NCBI GenBank assembly: GCA_029777225.1
Contig: JAKOSR010000090.1
Span: forward strand, 637 to 64,636
Direction: 5' to 3'
DNA from: Chloroflexota bacterium
GTDB taxonomy: Bacteria > Chloroflexota > Anaerolineae > Anaerolineales > Anaerolineaceae
Length of the DNA: 64,000 nucleotides
Shown here: piece by piece, positions 1 to 8,016 of the stretch
Position numbering within the stretch: the stretch's first letter is position 1
How the letters are laid out: each line of letters starts with the position of its first letter
Made by a program: the position numbers and the translations under genes
The notes under the pieces: generated by a model
Database searches by the model: none
The model's input: the letters and a program-made list of their open reading frames with translations, nothing else
Told to the model about the DNA's origin: nothing

Positions 1-2150
1 CCATAGAACCAGCGGCCGACGGTGCTCATGCCGGTTGGGTCCGCGGGATTCTCAGCGGGCATATAGACATGTTCGTACCACAGGTCGCCTTCCTTGCCCC
101 AGCGGGTGTAATCCCAGGTGGGATCCTGTTCGGCCATTTGGCCGGTGCTGGGAACGAAGGTCTTATCCTGGATAATCAGCGGGATTTCGGCATCGCCACT
201 GGGGAGCAGACCAGCGTTAATCAGGGCGGTTTCGGTGTCATCACGGATGATGTAACCCGCGGCTTCACCGGCATAAACGTTCAGGCGGGTGATGCCCCAG
301 GCGTGGTCGTGGTAGAACATCAGGCGCGAACTCTGCTGGTTGGTGTAGTAGAACGTCATACAGCCATCGTCAGGCGCGGTGCAGTCAGGGATACCCACGG
401 GGCGGGTCGCGCCGACCATATCGGGTACCTGGCGAACGGCAACGCCCTCAGGCCAGGCGGTTTGTTCGTTGGCTGGGGTAATCCACTGGTGCGGCGTCCC
501 ATCAGAAATCCAAGGGGTAATGCCGCCGTGCAGGTGGATGGTGGCACGGGTCTCCGCAAAGCACATCATGCGTTCCATGGGTGTACGGTTTGCTTCCCCA
601 CAGATGGGATTGCGAACGCCATCAAGGACGGAGCCCTCATCCATGGGAGCCATCATGTCCATGGGGCCCATCCCAGCGCCCATGAAGGTGGTATCCACTG
701 GAATGAACAAATCCCCGTCCACGCCGGTGGGTAACAGGTTGTAGAAGACGATGCGCACAGCCCTATCCTTGGTGGCCTGGATAACCGGGCCAAGGTAATG
801 GGGGTCATCCACCGCGTAGGCCTGCGAGCCATCTGGCATAAGGGCAGGAACGGAGGTGCCATCAACCAATTGGTTCTGCAAGGGGATATGCTTGCTCCAG
901 GACGCATTGTGAGCGGTTTCCAGCTGAACGTATTCCCGCAAGAGCGTGCCAGAGGCAGGCAAGGATGAGTTCATCTGTTCCCGGTGCTGCACCAGGGCGA
1001 TGACATACACATCGGTGCCGGGGAAAGTGGTGGTGTCTGGTACGCCCAGGGGCATGTATTGGCCCAGGTTGTTGGGGACACAACTCCCGGGGACGGACGG
1101 GTCACACAACTTGGATAGTCCATCCTGGAACTTCTTGATCCCACCGCTGGTAATGTAGCCGGAGCCAGCCGCGGTCAGATTGATGGCCGTTACCGCGCCA
1201 AAATCCGTGAAGGCGGTGGCACTGGCACCGCTGCCTAACGCGCCGGGTTCGGTTTCAGCAATGGCGACAGTTGGAGCGGAAGTGTAGCCGGCCCCGAAGG
1301 TGTCCAGCCCGATGGAGTCAATCTTGATGGTGGCCACCGCGGTGGCGTTACTCAACACTTCTATACGGTTGTTGGAAATGGAACTGCCAGCACCTGGATT
1401 GGCTAATTCCTCCTGGCGCATGGCTTGCCCGGCGTTGAACTGTCGGCGGTTCAACGGATTGAACTGCGTCCCATCCCGGATGACCACGTTTGGTGCCTTG
1501 GAGTAGCCGGAACCGGGATTGTCAATGATGATGCCAGTGATAGCGCCTGTGACGGTATCCCAGGTAACGTGCGCCTTGGCTTTTGTGCCAGCCGGGTCGT
1601 CAGGCATGTCAAAATCCAAGGTCGGCAAGGTATAACCAGAACCAGCCGCGGTCAGCGTCAGGCTGTCAACGCTGCCATAGGGTGTGGCCGTGGCATTCGT
1701 GGTGGCTCCACCCCCGCTGATGGTTACAGCTGGGATTCTATAGCCCGCGCCTGCCGCATTGACGATAATTTCGACCACTGCGCCGGAGGAAGTCAACACC
1801 GCGTCTGCCAAAGCACCCGTACCGGCGCCAATGATATTGACGCTTGCTGTGGTGTATCCACGTCCGGGATTGGTGATTTGAATGCCGGTCAATGCGCCAT
1901 TGGCGCCAACGGTAGCGCTCGCCGTGGCGCCGCTACCATCACCGACAATTTCAACCGCGACATCCGCGGTGGTTAGAGGACTGAGGGCCCAGTTTGGATA
2001 GGGGCCGTAATAATGGGGAACTTTGGATTCATCCACCGGACTGGCCGGGAGGGCAGTTGGGATGGCGGCGACTGGTCGCTGAACGCCTCCTGCCAGGAGG
2101 GACAACACCAGTAAGACCACCAATGCGACAGAACGCTTGTTCTTATTCAT
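1..2150 (-). CDS. Multicopper oxidase family protein, secreted; partial (C-terminus lies beyond the left window edge)
   Basis: Absent from the ORF track because it has no in-window stop. I translated the reverse strand from the ATG at 2150, with GGAG 6 nt upstream. It reads MNKNKRSVALVVLLVLSLLAGG (signal peptide), then KVPHYYGPYPNWALSP, then Gly-rich modules ending in GxGY (ITNPGRGYTTASVNI). Near the edge it reads MTFYYTNQQSSRLMFYHDHAWGITRLNVYAG, an HxH copper-ligand motif. I checked the frame by hand at both ends (2150-1800 and 360-1). The + strand ORFs at 69-1976 are antisense shadows. Confidence 0.8.
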   Translation of the reverse strand, partial: MNKNKRSVALVVLLVLSLLAGGVQRPVAAIPTALPASPVDESKVPHYYGPYPNWALSPLTTADVAVEIVGDGSGATASATVGANGALTGIQITNPGRGYTTASVNIIGAGTGALADAVLTSSGAVVEIIVNAAGAGYRIPAVTISGGGATTNATATPYGSVDSLTLTAAGSGYTLPTLDFDMPDDPAGTKAKAHVTWDTVTGAITGIIIDNPGSGYSKAPNVVIRDGTQFNPLNRRQFNAGQAMRQEELANPGAGSSISNNRIEVLSNATAVATIKIDSIGLDTFGAGYTSAPTVAIAETEPGALGSGASATAFTDFGAVTAINLTAAGSGYITSGGIKKFQDGLSKLCDPSVPGSCVPNNLGQYMPLGVPDTTTFPGTDVYVIALVQHREQMNSSLPASGTLLREYVQLETAHNASWSKHIPLQNQLVDGTSVPALMPDGSQAYAVDDPHYLGPVIQATKDRAVRIVFYNLLPTGVDGDLFIPVDTTFMGAGMGPMDMMAPMDEGSVLDGVRNPICGEANRTPMERMMCFAETRATIHLHGGITPWISDGTPHQWITPANEQTAWPEGVAVRQVPDMVGATRPVGIPDCTAPDDGCMTFYYTNQQSSRLMFYHDHAWGITRLNVYAGEAAGYIIRDDTETALINAGLLPSGDAEIPLIIQDKTFVPSTGQMAEQDPTWDYTRWGKEGDLWYEHVYMPAENPADPTGMSTVGRWFY

Positions 2151-2493
2151 TTAATGCTCCTTTTCTAGAACAGGATTTACTTTCCCTGCATCAAAGATAC
2201 GTTTTTTAAGGGGGGTGTGCCGTTGGCGTGTTTTTGAGTTGTTTGGCAAATATTGGCAAGGCTCAGAAATGAGCGACGAGCTTACTGGCAGTTGCATGTT
2301 GAGATACGCAGGAATGCATCAGAAACCGTTAGAGACTGAGGGAAACGGGGCCAGTTTTTCAAAAAATGGATTTGAAATATGGGAGGAAGGAACTGACCAA
2401 GCCCCAGTGCAGCAAAGACTCGCACACCAAAGCAAACGTTCGCAAACAGCCTGGGGCGCCAGTGGTTCTTATAATTTATCTGACGGAGATCCC

Positions 2494-2889
2494 ATGCCCG
2501 AAACAAACCGCATTTTACTAATTTCCAAAGAAGACAACTTGCGGTACACCCTCAAGCGTATCCTGGAACAGGATGGTTTCAGGGTGGAATGCGCGCGTGA
2601 ATTCTGCCATGACATTTTGGCAGCTTTCATCCCGCAGGTGGATTTCATTGTTTTGGATACGGATAAAGCGCTGGACTCGTGTGAGGAATTGCTGACAGGT
2701 TTGCACCTTGCCCGATTGAGCGTGCCTGTGCTGGTGCTGGCAGCGTCCCTGCCCTTGATGAGCGGAAAAACATTGGAACGGGAGGGGTTGGTCGTAAGGC
2801 AAAAGCCCATGGAGCCGGCAAGCATCCTTAGGACAATCCGCGAACAGTTGAATGAAAACCCCAGGCCAACCGGGCAACGAACGGGCTGA
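2494..2889 (+). CDS. Stand-alone CheY-like receiver domain protein with a degenerate acidic pocket
   Basis: This is the ORF 2215-2889 frame. The internal ATG at 2494 is preceded by GGAG 6 nt upstream. The sequence has a receiver layout: NRILLISKEDN, FIVLDTD (putative phospho-Asp) and VVRQKP (conserved Lys-Pro). The usual DD pair is replaced by ED. Confidence 0.6.
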   Translation: MPETNRILLISKEDNLRYTLKRILEQDGFRVECAREFCHDILAAFIPQVDFIVLDTDKALDSCEELLTGLHLARLSVPVLVLAASLPLMSGKTLEREGLVVRQKPMEPASILRTIREQLNENPRPTGQRTG

Positions 2890-2911
2890 CCAAGGCTGTT
2901 CCCTTTTTCGA

Positions 2912-3730
2912 TTAAATCACCAGCCTGTAGCCTTTGTCCCGCTCGGTAATCACGATGCTGGGGTTGGCCGGGTCTTCTTCCAAAGCCTTGCGAATTTTAT
3001 GAATATGCCAGCGGGAAATATCCCGCGCGTCCACTTTATCCAGGATGTATGCCTGGGATTCCCGCACGAGTTTTTCAAATGAAACTATGTTGGGCGAGTT
3101 GCGGACTAGCGTCACCAGGTAATCAAAGGTGCTGGGTGGCAAGTGGGTGATTTGGCCGTCGATCACCAATTGCTTGGTATGCAGGTCGAGCGTTAGCTTG
3201 CCCCGACGCAGGAAGCGCTCCGGTTCCGTATCGCGAGGCGTCGGGAGGGAAGTTGGCTCAACATTGGCGGTACCGTCCAACTGTTGGAGTTCCTGCAGCA
3301 ACTGTTGGGCCTGGGAGATAAGCTCGCGCCGACGGGAAGGTGGGCGATGTTCGGCCAAAATTTCGGCAACCCGCGCAAGGATGTTGGTGGGGTCCACAGG
3401 TTTGAGCAGGTAATCGCGGGCGCCACCGCGCACGGCTTCCATGGCAGACTCCAGGGTGGCATAAGCGGTGAGGATGAGGACCGGCAGGTCGGGATCGAGC
3501 GCGCGCAACTGGGGCAACAAATCCAGGCCATTGAAATCGGGCATTTTCAGGTCCAGGAAGGCCAGGTCAAAACGCGCATTAGTCATCGCTTTAAGCGCCA
3601 GCGCGCCGTTTTCGGCCAGGGTGGCATCATAACCGGCTTTTTGCAGGATGGCCCCGAGGGTCAGGCGGAGTTGGGGCTCGTCATCGATGACAAGAATCCT
3701 GGTTTTATATTCAACTTTACTGGTTTCCAT
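2912..3730 (-). CDS. OmpR/PhoB-type response regulator (receiver plus winged-helix DNA-binding domain, long linker)
   Basis: N-terminal receiver motifs RILVIDDEP, LAFLDLKMPDFNG, VLILTAY and LLKP. C-terminal trans_reg_C-like segment LTLDLHTKQLVIDGQITHLPPSTFDYLVTL...ITERDKGYRLV. The start overlaps the upstream kinase stop by 14 nt. Confidence 0.9.
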   Translation of the reverse strand: METSKVEYKTRILVIDDEPQLRLTLGAILQKAGYDATLAENGALALKAMTNARFDLAFLDLKMPDFNGLDLLPQLRALDPDLPVLILTAYATLESAMEAVRGGARDYLLKPVDPTNILARVAEILAEHRPPSRRRELISQAQQLLQELQQLDGTANVEPTSLPTPRDTEPERFLRRGKLTLDLHTKQLVIDGQITHLPPSTFDYLVTLVRNSPNIVSFEKLVRESQAYILDKVDARDISRWHIHKIRKALEEDPANPSIVITERDKGYRLVI

Positions 3731-6479
3731 CTTTTTCTCCCTTCATTTCTGGCAGCCAGACTTCAAAAGTTGCTCCCAAACCTGGTTTACTTGAAACCTT
3801 GATGTGCCCGTTGTGACGTTGAACAATATCGTAATTTATTGGCAAGCCCAGGCCAAGCCCATGGCTTTTGGTGGTGAAGAAGGGTTCAAAAACCTTGGTA
3901 AGGTTTTCTGGTGGGATGCCCTGGCCCGTATCCGTAAAACAAACCGTGTACCCGCCTGAAGGGTCGCGCCTGAGCATGACGGAAAGGTCTCCGCCCTGGC
4001 CCTGCATGGCTTCGATGGCATTCATGGAGAGATTCAGGAAGACCTGTTTGAACTGGTCCGCGCTACCGGCAACCTCCCAGCGCTCTCCTGGGCGTTGCGG
4101 TTCCATTACCAGGTGCCAGTTCACCTTATTGCTGGCTAAGTGGGGTGAGACAAGATTGTGGACCTCCTCCAGCAACCTGTCCAGTGCCACAGGCTCCGGT
4201 TGGGCACCCTGGCTGGGGCGGTAGATCTCGCGCAGTTCAGCCACAAGGTTTGAGATACGCTGGGTTTCTTCCGAGGCGGTTACCAGGAATTGGCCGGCAG
4301 GGGTGTTGGGGGGAACCTCGGATTGGATGAGAAACAAGCAGTTTTTGATGGTTTGCAGGGGGTTGTTAATTTCGTGTGTAATAGATGCCAGCATACGACC
4401 CATGGATGTAAACTTATCCACCTGCGCCAGTTTCTCCTGCATGGCGCGGTCGTGTTCGATAAACTCCTCCAACGCGAGATTTAGTTCCGTTAACTGCTTT
4501 TCTTTTTGTTTCAGTTCAGTTAAGTCTCGCGCGACAGCCAGCACACCCGCTGGTTTTCCGTCCTGACCCCAATAAAAGGAGGCATTGTAGGTGACCGGGG
4601 TAGTATGCCCATCCTTGTGCCTGATTTCAAGTTCATAGTTACGCACGCTACCAGTCTCGAGCACTTGCTGGTAGCCCTGGCGGGCTTTTTCGGGGTCTGA
4701 ATAATAATCTGAGAAGTCCGTGCCAACCAGTTCTTCCCTCGTGTATCCAGTGGCGGCTTCAACGGCTGCGTTCACATCACCGATTTTTCCGTTTTCGTCG
4801 ATGGTCGCCAAAATATCCTGGTTGGCTTCAATCAGGCTGCGGTTGTAATTGAACATATCCTGGACGCGTTCCTGGGCCCTCCGCACATCGGTGATATCCA
4901 AACCCATCTCGAGGATGAGCCGCGTACCGTCCGTATCGACAAAGACATGGTCGTGCACGTTGTAGACGTGGCCGTCCGGCCCGTCCCATTCCCAGATGTG
5001 GGGTTGGCCGGTGACCAATGGCCGGTACGATTCGCAATTGTCGCAAGGTTTGTCGCGCTGGAAGAGGTATTCATAGCAGTGCAGACCTTCCATGCCGGGG
5101 AAGCGCTCCTTGAAGAAGCGGTTGGCGAAGCTGATAGTATGGTCTGGCCGGAGGAGGATAAGGTAGGCGGGCAAGATTTCCAGCAGGTCGGTGAAGCGTT
5201 TCTTCTCGGCTTCGAGCAGGCGTTCGGACTGCTGGCGTTTGAGGATGTCCTGTCGCAGGTCTTCCACAACGTCATTCAATAACGCGGTCCGCTCTGCGAT
5301 AACCCCCTCCAGGTTGGCGTTGAGGGCCTGCAGCTTTTCCTGGCTAATAACGCGTTCGGTGATGTCCATGCCATAAACGCGGATGCGTTGCTGCCCGGGC
5401 AGATGGAAGAAAGCAAGGTGGAGCCATTGTTCTTGCAACCTGGCCTGGCGAGTGAGCGAGGTTTTACCTTCGCTGACGATTTCGTGGACGGCCTGCCTTA
5501 ACACTTCCACAATCGCGAACGGTTCTGTTTCCCCCTCATGGACCTGGAAAATATCCCGGGCAGCCGGGTTCACGAAGGTGACCTGGCCTGCTTCATCCAT
5601 CTCAACGACAGGGAGGGGATTCAGGAGTGGGAACGAGGCGAGCCAGCTCAAGTGTTGCGCTTCGGACTTGCGCTTGGTGATGTCATTCAGGATGACCGCG
5701 AACTGGCTTTCCCGCAGGCGGTAGCCGTAGACCTCGAAATAGCGCTGATAGCGTTTGGAATACTCTTCAAACTTGACCGGTTCTCCTGACTGCACCACCC
5801 GGCTCAACCTCTCCAGCCAGGCAGGCGCGTCATCAGGGGAGAGCGCCAGCTGGGCAACGCCCAATATTTCTTCGTTGGTTTGGCCAAGCAACTGGCAGAA
5901 GGCGGGGTTGCTCTCAATCACTTTGAAGTCGACTGGGGAGCCTGTGCCATCGAAGAGCAACTCGCAGATGGCAAAGCCCTCGTTCATGCCGTCAAACAGG
6001 AACTGGTAGCGTTGGGCCGTTTCCGCCCACGCAGCCTCGGCGTTCGTCCTGCTGGTCACGTCCTTGGAGAGAACCGTCCCCCCGATGACATTCCCCTGTT
6101 CATCGAAAATCGGGGTGTGGGTGACTTCGTAATTACGCATATAACGGTTTTCATCGCCAAACTGGATGGTCTTGGAGAAGGTCTCACCCATGAAGGTGCG
6201 GTCCCATTCCGCTTTGGCTATTGCCAATTGCAGCGGCTGGTCGGAGAAGATTTCATCGAGGGTTACACCCAGGGTTAGCTCACGTCCGGTCAGCTTGAAG
6301 ATTTCCTGCTGGTAGGCTTGTGTGAAGAAGGTGTAGCGATAGCTTGTATCCAACGCGGCGGAAATCACGCCCTGACCTTCGGCCAGGGACTGAAGCACGG
6401 TGAGGATCAGGCGGGATTGGGCGTTTCCGTCGATGAAGATGGGGTTTGGATTGGCGTTGGGCGTTGCAGAAGGTTCCAT
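3717..6479 (-). CDS. Soluble multi-PAS sensor histidine kinase
   Basis: H-box SITHEINNPLQ, N-box FLNLSMNAIEAM, G1 DTGQGI and G2 GLGLGL at the C-terminus. Several PAS-like repeats lie upstream and I see no obvious TM segment. I prefer the ATG at 6479 (GGGAGG 6 nt upstream) to the track start at 6539. Confidence 0.9.
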   Translation of the reverse strand: MEPSATPNANPNPIFIDGNAQSRLILTVLQSLAEGQGVISAALDTSYRYTFFTQAYQQEIFKLTGRELTLGVTLDEIFSDQPLQLAIAKAEWDRTFMGETFSKTIQFGDENRYMRNYEVTHTPIFDEQGNVIGGTVLSKDVTSRTNAEAAWAETAQRYQFLFDGMNEGFAICELLFDGTGSPVDFKVIESNPAFCQLLGQTNEEILGVAQLALSPDDAPAWLERLSRVVQSGEPVKFEEYSKRYQRYFEVYGYRLRESQFAVILNDITKRKSEAQHLSWLASFPLLNPLPVVEMDEAGQVTFVNPAARDIFQVHEGETEPFAIVEVLRQAVHEIVSEGKTSLTRQARLQEQWLHLAFFHLPGQQRIRVYGMDITERVISQEKLQALNANLEGVIAERTALLNDVVEDLRQDILKRQQSERLLEAEKKRFTDLLEILPAYLILLRPDHTISFANRFFKERFPGMEGLHCYEYLFQRDKPCDNCESYRPLVTGQPHIWEWDGPDGHVYNVHDHVFVDTDGTRLILEMGLDITDVRRAQERVQDMFNYNRSLIEANQDILATIDENGKIGDVNAAVEAATGYTREELVGTDFSDYYSDPEKARQGYQQVLETGSVRNYELEIRHKDGHTTPVTYNASFYWGQDGKPAGVLAVARDLTELKQKEKQLTELNLALEEFIEHDRAMQEKLAQVDKFTSMGRMLASITHEINNPLQTIKNCLFLIQSEVPPNTPAGQFLVTASEETQRISNLVAELREIYRPSQGAQPEPVALDRLLEEVHNLVSPHLASNKVNWHLVMEPQRPGERWEVAGSADQFKQVFLNLSMNAIEAMQGQGGDLSVMLRRDPSGGYTVCFTDTGQGIPPENLTKVFEPFFTTKSHGLGLGLPINYDIVQRHNGHIKVSSKPGLGATFEVWLPEMKGEKDGNQ

Positions 6480-6646
6480 CGTATACCTCCCAGGAAGCAG
6501 TTTTGTCGATGCTGAGACGCGGGCGCGCCTTACATCCAAGGATCGGTTATGACCGTGGGTTCCAGGCTGTTATTTCAATGAATTATAGAATGAACGCCAG
6601 GCAATTGCGAACGGGTGTGGAGGGATAAGGCAAGACAGAGGGGCAA

Positions 6647-6679
6647 GAAAAAACCGCCTCCATGCGCTGGAAGCGGTTT
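6647..6679 (-). terminator. Intrinsic terminator downstream of the heliorhodopsin gene
   Basis: The minus-strand RNA ACCGCUUCC-AGCGCAU-GGAGGCGGU forms a 9-bp stem (one G-U pair) and is followed by UUUUUUC. Confidence 0.6.
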
Positions 6680-6726
6680 CGCGCGAGTGGGAGTGAGGGC
6701 CGGATTGCCTGCCACTCACCAAGCTT

Positions 6727-7518
6727 TTAGGGTTGCATGGCGCCGAAGAGCACCAACCAGGCCAGGATGGACTTGGCCACCAGGCTAAGCACAATGTAGG
6801 TGCGCTCGCCGTACAGGTAATTCTTCCACTTCCCAACGCTTTTGTATTGCAGGATCATATTGATGGGGAAAGTGTTGAAGGCGACGAAGTATGTGCCGAC
6901 GATGGCCCACACAAACCAGGGAACGCTGGCATAGTTGCCGTTGCCAACCATATACAGGACAATGGCGATCCAGGGAGCAATGCCGGCGATGGAGCCCCAG
7001 ACGAAGGGTCCCCAGTTGATTTTGCCCTTGGTGGTGCCCGAATTGAGCTGCTCCATTACGAGTCCGAACAGGTTCATGGACGCGTTCACAATGAAGATGA
7101 GCACCAGGGAGGCAATATCGTAAATGCCAAACAAGGTCGAGATAAGCACGATCATCACCGAGGAGCTCAACGCGTACTCAAACCAGCGGAAGCGGTTGAT
7201 GCCTTTCTGCAGGTCCGCGTTGTAAATGGCGTTGGTTTTGTTCGGGATTGAAATGAGCGCGTGCGCCAGGGCTGAGATGAGTAAAAAGGCAGCGACAAGA
7301 ATGCCGAATGGCAGCTTGAATAATTCCTTGGAGGCCAATTCCAGAGAGCGAGTCTGTTCGTTGAAAGCCAGGAAGTTTTGGGTAATGACAGGTGAGAATT
7401 CACCGATTTTCTGAATGACCCGCGTGGCCAGGAAAAGCATGGCGATGCCCTGGACGAGGTGCAGGGCACCCATTAGCTTGTTGAAGTTTCTTAATTTCTT
7501 GAGTGCAGTTGTTTCCAC
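6727..7518 (-). CDS. Heliorhodopsin (7-TM retinal protein)
   Basis: 263 aa with a 7-TM profile. GTG start with GGAG 5 nt upstream. Strong motif identity to heliorhodopsin 48C12 as I recall it: RFRWFEYALSSSVMIVL (counterion Glu, here E114), VNASMNLFG, and GERTYIVLSLVAKSILAW (Schiff-base Lys, here K249). The conserved His residues are present as H20 (ALHLVQ) and H86 (SALAHAL). Confidence 0.85.
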   Translation of the reverse strand: METTALKKLRNFNKLMGALHLVQGIAMLFLATRVIQKIGEFSPVITQNFLAFNEQTRSLELASKELFKLPFGILVAAFLLISALAHALISIPNKTNAIYNADLQKGINRFRWFEYALSSSVMIVLISTLFGIYDIASLVLIFIVNASMNLFGLVMEQLNSGTTKGKINWGPFVWGSIAGIAPWIAIVLYMVGNGNYASVPWFVWAIVGTYFVAFNTFPINMILQYKSVGKWKNYLYGERTYIVLSLVAKSILAWLVLFGAMQP

Positions 7519-7876
7519 AATTTCTCCATTATCATTGTTTTGTATAAGTTTTTATGCTTTTATCATCCAGATTATACGGGTTCGTGAAAGACTTTTCTGA
7601 GTTTGTATAAGGATTAATACAACCTTGTGCGCAAGCTATTTTGCCTGTCAATTTCTTGCTTGCTCTTGATAGCCCGGCGTGTTTAATTCCATCTTTTTTT
7701 CAGCCAAACTCCCCGCTCTGCTCCTATTTTTGGAAAACATCTTCTCCTCTTATTCAACCTGCCCACTGTTCTCCAACTGTATAACTGTCAGCGCCTGCTA
7801 TTGCATCTCCCCTGGCAGATCAAGTGCCCGTTCACATTGACTCCCACTTTGACCTGTGATAACATTTTGCCTCGAC

Positions 7877-7949
7877 GCCCCCATCGTCTAGTGGCCCAGG
7901 ACGCGGCCCTCTCAAGGCCAAAACCGGGATTCGAATTCCCGTGGGGGCA
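7877..7949 (+). tRNA. tRNA-Glu (anticodon CUC)
   Basis: GCCCCCATCGTCTAGTGGCCCAGGACGCGGCCCTCTCAAGGCCAAAACCGGGATTCGAATTCCCGTGGGGGCA. The acceptor stem GCCCCCA pairs with TGGGGGC. The anticodon stem CGGCC/GGCCA encloses the loop CT-CTC-AA. The T-arm is GGGATTCGAATTCCC. CCA is not encoded and a T-run follows. Confidence 0.9.
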
Positions 7950-8016
7950 TTTTTTATTTAAGGGCCAGTTCCCAACTCCCTGTTCGCACCCCGCAATCTG
8001 ATAAAATTGCTGACTG

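Noticed and set aside
69-1976. Several + strand ORFs (69-734, 379-744, 1425-1976 and others) at the left edge
   Set aside because: All are antisense or off-frame shadows of the minus-strand multicopper oxidase gene, which the track omitted because it lacks an in-window stop.
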